Assembly (NCBI GenBank): GCA_030620155.1
Contig: JAUXFF010000002.1
Span: 1 to 53,530 of the forward strand
DNA length: 53,530 bases
DNA from: Candidatus Cloacimonadota bacterium
Lineage (GTDB): Bacteria > Cloacimonadota > Cloacimonadia > Cloacimonadales > TCS61
Direction of reading: 5' to 3'
Each line of letters opens with the position of its first letter. Within the stretch, counting starts at the first letter, position 1. The translations under genes and the position numbers were made by a program. Shown here one piece after another: positions 17,592 to 26,836 of the stretch. The notes below the pieces were generated by a model. It ran no database searches. It was not told the origin of the DNA and saw nothing but the letters and a program-made list of their open reading frames with translations.

Positions 17592-18338
17592 ATGAATATA
17601 AGAAAAATTGAGCAGGAAGAATATTGGAAGGTCAGAGCACAACATTATAATGAACTTCAGTGGGCAAACGAGAAGCAATATCTGAATGCAGTAGTAGAAG
17701 CTGGAGATTTTAGACCAAATCACCTTGTTTTGGATGTAGGAACAGGTACAGGTATTGTTCTTCATGCAATTGCACCAAAAGTAAATGAAATTATCGGTCT
17801 TGATATTTCCCAGGCAATGTTAGAACATAGCAACTGGCAGAATAATAAATATTTTGTGAAAAGAGATATTAGGGAACCATTCTTTCATGAATCAGTGTTT
17901 GACAGGATAGTTGCAAGGATGGTCTTTCATCATATTATTGAAGACATACAAAAAGCAGCTGATGAGTGTTATCGTATTCTCAAACTCGGAGGAAAGTTCA
18001 TCCTCTCTGAAGGAATACCGCCAAACAAACAAGTTAAGAAAGATTATATCGAGATTTTTAAATTAAAGGAAAAGAGAATTACTTTTATGCTTGAAGATTT
18101 GGTGGAGATGATAATAAAAGCGGGATTCAGAAACATCCAAACATCCACTTTCGTAATGCCAAGGATGAGTATAAATAACTGGCTTGAAAAGAGTGGTCTT
18201 CCAGCTAAAACGCAAGACAAGATTTTTGAGATGCATATTTGTGCATCGGATTGTTTTAAAAAGGCTTACAATATGAAAATAATCAGAGGTGACTGCTTAA
18301 TTGACATTAAGTACGTTATCCTGATTGGAGAAAAATAA
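17592..18338 (+). CDS. class I SAM-dependent methyltransferase
   Basis: Motif I is VLDVGTGTGIV. An acidic post-I residue follows (GLDIS), then ILKLGGKFIL. Confidence 0.75.
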   Translation: MNIRKIEQEEYWKVRAQHYNELQWANEKQYLNAVVEAGDFRPNHLVLDVGTGTGIVLHAIAPKVNEIIGLDISQAMLEHSNWQNNKYFVKRDIREPFFHESVFDRIVARMVFHHIIEDIQKAADECYRILKLGGKFILSEGIPPNKQVKKDYIEIFKLKEKRITFMLEDLVEMIIKAGFRNIQTSTFVMPRMSINNWLEKSGLPAKTQDKIFEMHICASDCFKKAYNMKIIRGDCLIDIKYVILIGEK

Positions 18339-18348
18339 AGGAGGAAAA

Positions 18349-19422
18349 ATGAGAAAAACAATTTTAACTTTAATTCTAATCATAGTAGCATTAGGGTTTC
18401 TTCATGCAGAGACAAAGTTAAAAATGGAACTGTGGAATCGCTGGACTTACCAGATGATCGATGGTGATGTAACAAAAAACGAAATGGCTCTTAAACGTGG
18501 TTACTTCCGTTTGGAACCGAAATTCAGTGAAAATATCAAAGGTCGCTTTAATGTAGACTTCTTTAGTGACGATGATGACAAAGTAGCAGATGGTGCAGGA
18601 ATTAAGATTAAATATGCATATCTTGATTTTAATAATTTACTGCCGATCAAAGATGCAAAACTTACTGTCGGCCTGATGAAAACTTATTTTGGTACTATCT
18701 ATGAATGGGATTATACAACTATCGATGGAGATCCATCCGACAAATATAAATTCGTCAGTTCCACAGATTTTGGATTGGGTGTAAGTGGCAAAATTCCTAA
18801 CGGATTTGGATCTTATGCTCTTGCTGTTTACAATGGCGAAGGTTACAAAAAAGTAGGAAGTAATATCAACAAAGATATGAACTATGTAGCCAATCTGCGT
18901 GTGACTCCAATCAACGGTGTAACTCTTGGTGGTTCATACATGTTTAAATCCAAATATGATTCTCAGATTGAAGATGAAACTGCAAGGGGTGATATGGTTG
19001 ATAATCCGGATCGTGAAGAGTATAATTTAATTGCTGGTGTTGGAAAATTTGCTTACGGACCTGTAAGTCTTTTAGCTCAATATCTGAATAAAGTTAAATG
19101 CAAACCTAATATGGATGATTATGATGATATAACTACTACAGTAATGTCATTCATGCCTGTTTTCAAAGTAAATAATAAAATCGATATCGTGGGAAGATAT
19201 GATATGTACGATCCCGATACAGATACAGACGATGATGGATATAACGCGATCGTAGCAGGCATCAATTATCACATTATGAGAGATGCTAAGAACGCTCCCA
19301 AATTATTCATCCAAACAAACTATCAGTTGAAACAATATGAGGCTGAAGATTCTGATGATGAAAGTGAACTTATGGTTCAATTACGCTGGATATTCTCAGA
19401 AACAATAAATAAGGGAAAGTAA
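18349..19422 (+). CDS. outer-membrane porin (possibly phosphate-selective porin O/P-like)
   Basis: AAGGAGG lies 5 nt upstream of the ATG at 18349, giving signal peptide MRKTILTLILIIVALGFLHA. The body shows alternating beta-strand-like segments with Y/F/G and acidic loops. The gene is immediately upstream of the phn-type transporter genes. Confidence 0.55.
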   Translation: MRKTILTLILIIVALGFLHAETKLKMELWNRWTYQMIDGDVTKNEMALKRGYFRLEPKFSENIKGRFNVDFFSDDDDKVADGAGIKIKYAYLDFNNLLPIKDAKLTVGLMKTYFGTIYEWDYTTIDGDPSDKYKFVSSTDFGLGVSGKIPNGFGSYALAVYNGEGYKKVGSNINKDMNYVANLRVTPINGVTLGGSYMFKSKYDSQIEDETARGDMVDNPDREEYNLIAGVGKFAYGPVSLLAQYLNKVKCKPNMDDYDDITTTVMSFMPVFKVNNKIDIVGRYDMYDPDTDTDDDGYNAIVAGINYHIMRDAKNAPKLFIQTNYQLKQYEAEDSDDESELMVQLRWIFSETINKGK

Positions 19423-19492
19423 CTCAAAGCTCCTGCTTTGAGAAAAATTCACAAACGAGGACGTTTGTGTTACTAAAAATAAGGAGAAAAAA

Positions 19493-20368
19493 ATGAAAAG
19501 AACTTTATGTAGTTTATTATTGATTATTTTGATGTCATTATTGCTTTTTAATGGCTGCGCTAAAAAATCAAAAGAAGAATCAGGGGTTGTAATAAGAATG
19601 GTATGTGTTCCTGCGAGTGAAAAAGGTGATGAAGATGATTTCGTTTCACTTTTGGAAATCATTAACAAAATAACCGGGTACAAGATGGAAATGATCAAGG
19701 TTACTGACTATAATGCTGCTGTAGAAGCTATGAGAGCTGGAAGAGCTGATATGGCTTGGTTTGGTGCTAAAACCTACATTGAAGCTGCAAGGATTGCTGA
19801 TGCAGAAGCATTTGCGGCTGGTATCAGAAAAGGAAAGAATTCTGTAGTTTATTATACACATTTTATCGTAAGAAAAGATAGTCCAATTACAGAATTTACA
19901 AAAGAAGAGCTAAAAGGTACTGTTTTGGCTTTAAACCATGTTGGTTCTACCAGTGGAGATTTAATTCCACGATATGAACTTATCCAAATAGACATGAATA
20001 CAAAGGAAAAGGAAGATTTTAAAATGGTTCAATATACTGGTAGTCATGATGCTGCGATTCTTACTGTTTTAAATGGAATTGCTGATGTTGGCGGTGTAAG
20101 TTCCGTTAATTGGGATGCAAGAATTAAAGATGGTACAATCAATCCTGATGACTATCGAATTATTCATTCTTCACCTCCAATAGCTGCTGCTCCTCTTGCT
20201 TATTCCAAAAAACTTCCTGAAGAAGTGCGAAAAAACATAAAAGCAGCTGTTTTAGAAGCACATAAACATGGAACCATTGGTGGTTATGGTGGTGAAATGG
20301 AAAAATATGTTGGTGTAACTGATGCTGATTATGATATCACGAGAAGAATTAACGAGACAGTAAAGTAA
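19493..20368 (+). CDS. phnD: phosphonate/phosphite-type ABC transporter substrate-binding lipoprotein (PhnD family)
   Basis: Lipobox-like LLFNGC. The pattern MVCVPASE...Y.AAVEAMRAGRADMAWFG...Y......HVGSTSGDLIPRY is typical of the PhnD family. Confidence 0.75.
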   Translation: MKRTLCSLLLIILMSLLLFNGCAKKSKEESGVVIRMVCVPASEKGDEDDFVSLLEIINKITGYKMEMIKVTDYNAAVEAMRAGRADMAWFGAKTYIEAARIADAEAFAAGIRKGKNSVVYYTHFIVRKDSPITEFTKEELKGTVLALNHVGSTSGDLIPRYELIQIDMNTKEKEDFKMVQYTGSHDAAILTVLNGIADVGGVSSVNWDARIKDGTINPDDYRIIHSSPPIAAAPLAYSKKLPEEVRKNIKAAVLEAHKHGTIGGYGGEMEKYVGVTDADYDITRRINETVK

Positions 20369-20374
20369 ATTATA

Positions 20375-21172
20375 ATGGTTATTGTTTCAAAACTGAAAAA
20401 AGTTTTTCCTGATGGTACTGTTGCGTTGGATGGAATCTCACTAAAAGTAGAGGAAGGACAATTTACAGTCCTTCTTGGACCAAGTGGAGCAGGTAAAACT
20501 ACATTACTTCGCTCAATAAATGGACTTGTTAAACCATCCAACGGTGATGTGACTGTTGATGGAATAAAAGTAATTGATGAAAACTATCGGAAAATCAGAA
20601 CATTGGTTGGTATGGTTTTCCAGCATTTTAATCTTGTTGGGAATCTCTCTGTAATCAAAAATGTTCTGTCCGGCAGTTTAGGCACGCACCAGAAATGGTG
20701 GTCCAATCTTTTTCTTTTTCCAAAATCCTATCGTATTAGGGCATTGGATCTTTTGGACAGAGTTGGATTATTAGATAAAGCCTACAACCGAGCTGATGAA
20801 TTAAGCGGTGGTGAGCAGCAGCGAGTTGGTATTGCCAGAGCTATGATGCAAGAACCAAAAGTACTTCTTGCAGATGAACCCGTAGCAAGTGTAGACCCAA
20901 CCAACTCCAGCAATATTCTTTCTTTGTTACGTGATTTATGTAAGGAAAAGAAGGTTACTGTATTATGCTGTCTGCATCAAGTTGATCTTGCTCTTCAGTT
21001 TTCAGATCGTATCATTGGTTTTACAAACGGGAAATTGATTTTTAATGATAAAACTTCAAATTTAAATAGAGATTCTTTACGCCAGATTTATGATGAAACC
21101 AGTGTTGAAGGCATGTTTTTTGGTTCTGATATGAAAACACCAGATATTAGCCACATCCAATGGAAAGAGTAG
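20375..21172 (+). CDS. phnC: phosphonate-type ABC transporter ATP-binding protein (PhnC family)
   Basis: Walker A is GPSGAGKTTLLRSINGL, the signature is LSGGEQQRVGIARAM, Walker B is LLADEPVASVD, and the H-loop is CLHQVDLA. Confidence 0.85.
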   Translation: MVIVSKLKKVFPDGTVALDGISLKVEEGQFTVLLGPSGAGKTTLLRSINGLVKPSNGDVTVDGIKVIDENYRKIRTLVGMVFQHFNLVGNLSVIKNVLSGSLGTHQKWWSNLFLFPKSYRIRALDLLDRVGLLDKAYNRADELSGGEQQRVGIARAMMQEPKVLLADEPVASVDPTNSSNILSLLRDLCKEKKVTVLCCLHQVDLALQFSDRIIGFTNGKLIFNDKTSNLNRDSLRQIYDETSVEGMFFGSDMKTPDISHIQWKE

Positions 21173-22716
21173 ATCAAATGAATACAAAAAACAATCAAAT
21201 CAAACTGAATATGGTCGCTGTTCCTGCAACAAAGGGTAAGATGGATGATAAATTCCGATCTCTTATTGAAACCATAAAGAAAACTACTGGATTCAAATTA
21301 AACTTTTATGAAGCTGCCACTTACGATGAAGCTATTGAAAGTTTAGTTAATGGCAAAGCACATATCGCATGGTTAGGACAAAGTGCTTTTCATAAAGCAG
21401 TGAAGAAAGTAGAGTTGGATTCTCTAGCAGTTCCATCAGGTGATGATGAATCTATTTATCGAACGGTTTTAATCACTCCTCATCGTACAAAAATCTCATC
21501 CCCAAATGATCTTAAAGGCAAAAGATTAATTTTAACAGAAAAAGGTTCTACCAGCGGAGATCTAATACCTCGTCATATTTTAACTCAAAACGGTTTAAAT
21601 CCTGACATCAGTACGAATTTTTCTAAAGTAATTTATGCTGGGAGCCAGAAAGAAGCAGCAATAAAAATCATCAAAGGTGAAGGTGACGTAGCTGCTTTGA
21701 GTGATGTTAATCTCAAGGAAATGCTCAAGAATGGAATTTTACAAAAAAAAGATATAAAAATCATCTATGAATCAAAACCCATTCCAGGAGCGCCTATTGT
21801 TTGCTTAAAAAACCTGAATACTGATGTTAAGGAAAAATTAAGAAAAGCAATTCTGGAAGCTCATAAATTCGGTGCTGTCAATGGCTATGGAACTCATATT
21901 GAACATTATGAATCTCCACAGGAAGCAAGATTAGATTTTCTAAAAGCTTATTTAAAACCACAAGTCGGAATTAAAGCTTTAGCAGTAAGCTTGGGATTAT
22001 TATTTCTAACAATTTTAGTATCATTACATCTAAAAATCAGTCCAAAAGTAATATTTTCCAGTTTCAGTTATTTTTCTGATATAATCGGAAGAATGATGCC
22101 ACCAGATTTTTCTGATTTGTGGAATCTTGTGATTTCTATGGTTGAGACAATTGAGATTGGATTTCTTGGTACTGTTTTTGCTGTGTTAATATCAATTCCA
22201 ATTTCGTTAATGGCAGCAAAGAATATAACAAAAAGTAAATTTTTGTACTATCCAGCACATTTGATCACAACTTTTTTCCGTGCAGTCCCGGAGTTCATCA
22301 TTGCTATGATACTGGTAATATCTGTAGGATTTGGTGCATTGCCTGGTGTTTTGGCTCTGGGACTTCATACAATGGGTTTTCTTTCTAAATTTTATGCTGA
22401 AGAAATGGAACATGTACAAATAGGACCTATAGAGGCAATAGAATCGACTGGTGCAAACTGGTTCCAGAAAATCACTTATTCCATTCTACCACAGATTCTT
22501 CCATCTTTTATGGGAAACACACTTTATATTCTTGATCGAAATATTAGAATGGCGACAATATTGGGAATAGTCGGTGCAGGTGGAATAGGTTATAGATTGC
22601 AGTCAGCATTTCGTATGTTTAAATACCCGGAAGTCTCAGCAATAATTATCATTATTTTTGTTACGATTTTTATCATTGATATTATTTCTTCGAAAGTTAG
22701 ACACTCGGTTAAATAA
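21160..22716 (+). CDS. phnE: fusion of a PhnD-like substrate-binding domain (N-terminal ~260 aa, no signal peptide) with a PhnE-type permease
   Basis: N-terminal LNMVAVPATKG...Y.EAIESLVNGKAHIAWLG...KGSTSGDLIPRH parallels 19493..20368. The C-terminal half has multiple TM segments and the EAIESTGA...ILPQILP permease motif. An alternative start lies at 21178. Confidence 0.75.
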   Translation: MERVDQMNTKNNQIKLNMVAVPATKGKMDDKFRSLIETIKKTTGFKLNFYEAATYDEAIESLVNGKAHIAWLGQSAFHKAVKKVELDSLAVPSGDDESIYRTVLITPHRTKISSPNDLKGKRLILTEKGSTSGDLIPRHILTQNGLNPDISTNFSKVIYAGSQKEAAIKIIKGEGDVAALSDVNLKEMLKNGILQKKDIKIIYESKPIPGAPIVCLKNLNTDVKEKLRKAILEAHKFGAVNGYGTHIEHYESPQEARLDFLKAYLKPQVGIKALAVSLGLLFLTILVSLHLKISPKVIFSSFSYFSDIIGRMMPPDFSDLWNLVISMVETIEIGFLGTVFAVLISIPISLMAAKNITKSKFLYYPAHLITTFFRAVPEFIIAMILVISVGFGALPGVLALGLHTMGFLSKFYAEEMEHVQIGPIEAIESTGANWFQKITYSILPQILPSFMGNTLYILDRNIRMATILGIVGAGGIGYRLQSAFRMFKYPEVSAIIIIIFVTIFIIDIISSKVRHSVK

Positions 22717-22750
22717 TAATTAATTCAGTTATATAGATTCTGTTAATACT

Positions 22751-23932
22751 ATGGAAATTCATAACAATAGAAGAGTATTCTGGAACATCTGGACTTCTTA
22801 TGCAACATATTATTTTGGAAGAGCTAATTTAAGTATAGTTGTTCCAGCATTATTAGCTACGCACAAAAATTTAAATATGTATAACATCGGTCTGATCTCC
22901 AGCGGATTCTTTTTATCATATACAATAGGTCATTTTTTTCACGGTTTGTTTTCTGAAAGACATAATCCATTCTTATATATATCACTTGGTCTTATTGGCT
23001 CTTCTATAATAAATCTAATTCTTGGATTTTCTGCTGGATTTTTTGTAGTATTATTTATTGGTGAAATCATAGATGGGTTTTTTCAATCAATGGGTTGGTC
23101 TTCTTGTGTGCGAGCAAACGCGATAACGCAGAAGAAGGATGAAAGAGAAAGAACATCTATCTTACTGGGAACATCTTATCAAATAGGAAATTCAGTTGCT
23201 TGGTTAGTATCTGCATTTGCTGTAGGAAGTCGGGGTTGGCGAGCAGGATTCTGGGTCGCAGCTACATTTCTTTTTATAAGAGGAATACTATTATTGATCA
23301 CGAAACCTAAAATTGAGAGTGCTCCTACTCAAAAGGTTAGACACCAGGTAAAGACCATACTAACTTTTCCAATTTTAATGAGTGGACTCTCTTTTTGTTT
23401 TCTTAATATGATCAGATATGGTATAATTGTATGGATTCCTTTATATTTATTCCAGACTCAAAATATGGTTGTTGAACAAATGGGTGAATTAGGTTTGAAA
23501 GTTTGTTTAATTCCCATTGCAGGGGTGTTTGGAACACTAATATATAATGTTTTGAAATTCCGTAGAGATGTAGTAACGGTTGTTTTCTTATTATTTTTAG
23601 CGTTCAGTTTCGTTGTGCTTCCTTTTACAAAAGGGATGTTATCTATATTTATATTATTAGTTGGGAGTTTTTTCTTGTATGGTCCTCATGTTTTTTTAAG
23701 TGCAACTCTTCCAACACGCTATTTTGATAAACAAGTAGTGGCTGCATCAAGTGGATTTATTGCTGGAATGGGATATGTCGGAACAGTTTTTGTAGGATTG
23801 ATAATTCCTGTTTTGGTGTCGTCAGCAAATGGTAGCTGGAAAAATGTTTTTATATTTTGGGCAATTCTCTCATTTACAGTAGTGGCAATTATGATTACAT
23901 TTGTCTGGAAATATGAATTGAAAAAAACCTAA
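22751..23932 (+). CDS. MFS transporter, organophosphate:Pi antiporter-like (GlpT/UhpC family)
   Basis: 393 aa with about 12 hydrophobic segments. The N-terminal W.SYATYYFGRANLSIVVPAL resembles the OPA-family Y..YY..R.N...A.P.L signature. Confidence 0.6.
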   Translation: MEIHNNRRVFWNIWTSYATYYFGRANLSIVVPALLATHKNLNMYNIGLISSGFFLSYTIGHFFHGLFSERHNPFLYISLGLIGSSIINLILGFSAGFFVVLFIGEIIDGFFQSMGWSSCVRANAITQKKDERERTSILLGTSYQIGNSVAWLVSAFAVGSRGWRAGFWVAATFLFIRGILLLITKPKIESAPTQKVRHQVKTILTFPILMSGLSFCFLNMIRYGIIVWIPLYLFQTQNMVVEQMGELGLKVCLIPIAGVFGTLIYNVLKFRRDVVTVVFLLFLAFSFVVLPFTKGMLSIFILLVGSFFLYGPHVFLSATLPTRYFDKQVVAASSGFIAGMGYVGTVFVGLIIPVLVSSANGSWKNVFIFWAILSFTVVAIMITFVWKYELKKT

Positions 23933-23945
23933 AAATATTCTTTAT

Positions 23946-24010
23946 TAAAATCCTTATAATCATTCTTTGGTTATAAGGATTTTTTTATTTGTTTTCACCT
24001 GGATAATCCA
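23946..24010. repeat. 65-bp direct repeat, left copy (islet boundary)
   Basis: Matches 25883-25947 at 64 of 65 positions. It contains the hairpin/terminator plus a duplicated copy of the last ~17 codons of 25897..26823. Confidence 0.9.
23949..23987 (+). terminator. Rho-independent terminator after the MFS gene
   Basis: aatccttataa-tcattctttgg-ttataaggatt forms an 11-bp stem and is followed by tttttt. Confidence 0.65.
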
Positions 24011-24132
24011 AAAAAGAAATTGAGAATTAGCTGGCAATTAAGATTCTGAAAGAAAAGATTTTGCAGGGACAGAAGGTGGAGATTGGGTTTGATGGGAAGG
24101 TGTTTTTGTTTTAATGTATTTGATGTTTTGGA

Positions 24133-25164
24133 TTAATTATTTTGTGATAATTTACTCAGAATATTTTCTGCTTTAATTATTGGTTCAAACCATTGATATA
24201 AATCATCAAAATCTAATTCTTTTGGAATTTGATATTCTTCAACAAATTTACCTTCTATTTTAGGATAAAAAAGTGATTCGCAACTTCTTCTAGGATGATT
24301 AGGTATCCATGATTTATAAAAATCTTTTTTATATAATAAATGGTAAGTTGGCATAAATGAATGCCAATGTTTTGATAAAATATTACGGTCTTTTTTATCA
24401 ATAATTTCTATATGTTCAAGTTTTCTTTCACTATATTTCTTCCAAGCATTTCTCAACCGATTATAAGCTTCACGATCGGTGTCAGATGCATTAAATCCAA
24501 ATATAGTAACTGAAAACGCCTTACTTAAAGCATAATTAAGTATGTTCCATTCATTTAGATTGAAAAAATCATTATAATTTTTTTTTGGTATTGGATAAAA
24601 AAGATTGTAGGGAGTTAATTTTTTATCGCAATCGGGACAGAAAGTTCCATTTTTTCCATAAATATTATGCTTTGAGCAATATCCGATACGGACATTACCA
24701 TGCAAATGTATAATTTGAGGTAAGGGAATATTTTCTATGTTTCTTTCATATGCATCAAATAAAAAGGGATCCCAATTAAAAGTTGCAACAAAATCTTTTG
24801 GTCTAAGTGACATTAACAAATGATCATATAAAGTTGGTCTGTTAGGTAATTTTAATTTATCAAAATAATTATATACTATGTTTTCAATTTCCTTTATTAT
24901 TTTTGAATATTTATCTTTTTCATATAGTTCGGAATAAATTTTCTCAAAATCTTTTCCGTTATATTCAATACCATTATTAAGAAGTAATTCATCAAGACCA
25001 ACAATTTCAATTAAGTCATTCATTAATGGAATTTTGTTACCATTTGCATCCCCATTTTCAAATGCTTGTTTACTAGCACCTGCTCCTAAAATTACAACAT
25101 GTGGTTTTAGTCTCCTTGGTTCGTTGATAAGTTGTTCTTTATTAATTATCGTACGTTTTCCCAT
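24133..25164 (-). CDS. SIR2-like (SIR2_2-type) NAD-binding/NADase-family protein
   Basis: 343 aa carrying the ordered sirtuin-superfamily landmarks: VILGAGAS (GAGxS), ATFNWDPF (TTNYD/TQNID-like), IIHLHGN (catalytic HG), C-x20-CPDC zinc-like cluster, and TIFGFNASDTD (G(Y/F)S..D). Confidence 0.65.
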   Translation of the reverse strand: MGKRTIINKEQLINEPRRLKPHVVILGAGASKQAFENGDANGNKIPLMNDLIEIVGLDELLLNNGIEYNGKDFEKIYSELYEKDKYSKIIKEIENIVYNYFDKLKLPNRPTLYDHLLMSLRPKDFVATFNWDPFLFDAYERNIENIPLPQIIHLHGNVRIGYCSKHNIYGKNGTFCPDCDKKLTPYNLFYPIPKKNYNDFFNLNEWNILNYALSKAFSVTIFGFNASDTDREAYNRLRNAWKKYSERKLEHIEIIDKKDRNILSKHWHSFMPTYHLLYKKDFYKSWIPNHPRRSCESLFYPKIEGKFVEEYQIPKELDFDDLYQWFEPIIKAENILSKLSQNN

Positions 25165-25167
25165 TTA

Positions 25168-25386
25168 TTAAATATCTACTATTTCATCATGTATTGTATC
25201 ACAAATAATACATACAAAATCGCCTTCAGGATATTCAAGATTGTTTGCAATTCTTGTATAAATATCGTTGAAATCAGGTATTCTATTTACAAATAAACCA
25301 GAACCAAATGAAACAGATTTCCCACAGTGATTACAAATTTCAACGAGTTTCTTACTTCCAACTTTTTCAGATATTTTCATAATCAA
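25168..25386 (-). CDS. small zinc-ribbon protein (CxxC...CxxC), unknown function
   Basis: 72 aa with CNHC ... CIIC. Its stop codon lies 3 nt from the SIR2-like start codon, which suggests translational coupling. Confidence 0.55.
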   Translation of the reverse strand: MIMKISEKVGSKKLVEICNHCGKSVSFGSGLFVNRIPDFNDIYTRIANNLEYPEGDFVCIICDTIHDEIVDI

Positions 25387-25401
25387 TTCTATAGTAATTT
25401 T

Positions 25402-25680
25402 TTAGGAGTTCCAATACCTACCTACAAACGGATCTAAAACCAGCTTACCTTCATGACTAAAAAGTTCAATGCACTTTTAAGCTAAAGAAATTGGAAATGT
25501 AGCTGGGTGTTTTTCTTTATCTCTGACATCACGTCTTTCATAAAGAAATTGCCATACACCAATTTGGTTTTTAAGCCACAGTTTTTCTGTTAAACAATTT
25601 ATATGAGTTCTTGGGCAATTACAAGTTCTTTTGTATCCAATATTCAGCTTTTTATTTTCTAATGCTCTTTGACTTTCCAA
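25402..25680 (-). pseudogene. relic of an N4/N6 DNA methyltransferase (beta-class)
   Basis: ...GVWQF...KHPATFPISLA is followed by an in-frame TAA (25477-25479). The frame then continues KCIELFSHEGKLVLDPFVG, and the GxGTT motif is lost by frameshift (GRYWNS*). No N-terminal DPPY region is present. Confidence 0.6.
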
Positions 25681-25882
25681 AATGCAACTCCTCTCTAATT
25701 ATTTTTCTTATAAAGAATATCTTTTTTATTAAAGTATTTTTTTAGATTTTTTGTAAAGTAATAAAAACTACAATTTTTTCACCTTTTTACAATTAACTTC
25801 TGAATCTTCTAAAAAAGGGAGGAAAACTGGTTCTAACAGTTTTCATTTTTTTTAAAACACCTGAATTAATTAAGGAATATTG

Positions 25883-25947
25883 TAAAATCCTTATAATCAT
25901 TCTTTGATTATAAGGATTTTTTTATTTGTTTTCACCTGGATAATCCA
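25883..25947. repeat. 65-bp direct repeat, right copy (overlaps 3' end of 25897..26823)
   Basis: See 23946-24010. Confidence 0.9.
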
Positions 25948-26823
25948 GAGAACTATCATCCAGATATTTGCGACTCCAATTGTATAAATGAAGAAAATTA
26001 TCGGTCTGAATAAAATAACTGATATGATAAAAACAAAAGCATGTGCAGTAGGTCCTATCCAGAACCAGAGAAGGATTAACATCTTATTTGCATGATAATA
26101 TTCTTTAGGGTCATATTCTTCTTTTTCATTTAATTGAAAAAGTTGAAGATGTGAATATCCCAGGTATACTGCAATCAGAATTTTATCTAATAATTTCCCT
26201 CTCTGATGTTTGATTTTTTTCAATTCGCCCGAGAACTTTTTCTTAGCTTCCCAGGTTGATGTTGATTTGCCCAGGCCATGTGCCATGAATTCTGCCCGAT
26301 AATAATCTACTAACATAGCATGGAAAATCTGGCTGACAGCTGCAATAACAAGAAGAGTCCAATGAGATATTGAAAGAGAAAAGGAAAGTTGATAGTCTGC
26401 ATTAGATAAACCTATTCCTAAACCAACATAAACAGAAACTCCAACAATATAATCAGCAAATCCATCTATAATTCTGCCTACTGCTGTCCCACTGTTCTTT
26501 AAACGTGCTATCATGCCGTCAACACAATCTAACACCATGCAGAAAAAATATAGACTTCCTGCAATTACAAAGCAGGTTACAGTCCCCCAAGAAAATAAAT
26601 ATCCACTGATAATTCCTACAATTATGGTCATAAGTGAAACCTGGTTTGGAGTTACATTTGTACGATATAAAAGTTTTACAAATATAAAGGCAATAGGTCG
26701 AAGAATATAAAGGGTTAAAGTTTCATCGAAAATAATATGTTTTAATGATCTTTTGAATTCCCTGAACATTTTAATGTTATATTCTAAGAATTCATCTCGC
26801 ACTTTCTTACTTTTATTAATCAT
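25897..26823 (-). CDS. CDP-alcohol phosphatidyltransferase family membrane protein
   Basis: LDCVDGMIARLKNSGTAVGRIIDGFADYI is a complete match to D-x2-D-G-x2-A-R-x8-G-x3-D-x3-D. The protein has multiple TM segments. Confidence 0.85.
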   Translation of the reverse strand: MINKSKKVRDEFLEYNIKMFREFKRSLKHIIFDETLTLYILRPIAFIFVKLLYRTNVTPNQVSLMTIIVGIISGYLFSWGTVTCFVIAGSLYFFCMVLDCVDGMIARLKNSGTAVGRIIDGFADYIVGVSVYVGLGIGLSNADYQLSFSLSISHWTLLVIAAVSQIFHAMLVDYYRAEFMAHGLGKSTSTWEAKKKFSGELKKIKHQRGKLLDKILIAVYLGYSHLQLFQLNEKEEYDPKEYYHANKMLILLWFWIGPTAHAFVFIISVILFRPIIFFIYTIGVANIWMIVLWIIQVKTNKKILIIKE

Positions 26824-26836
26824 ACACTATCCTTTC

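Noticed and set aside
19423-19442. The hairpin ctcaaagc-tcct-gctttgag between the porin gene and phnD, as a terminator.
   Set aside because: No U-run follows it on the plus strand; it is followed by A-rich sequence. At most it is an intercistronic stabiliser or partial attenuator, so I did not call it.
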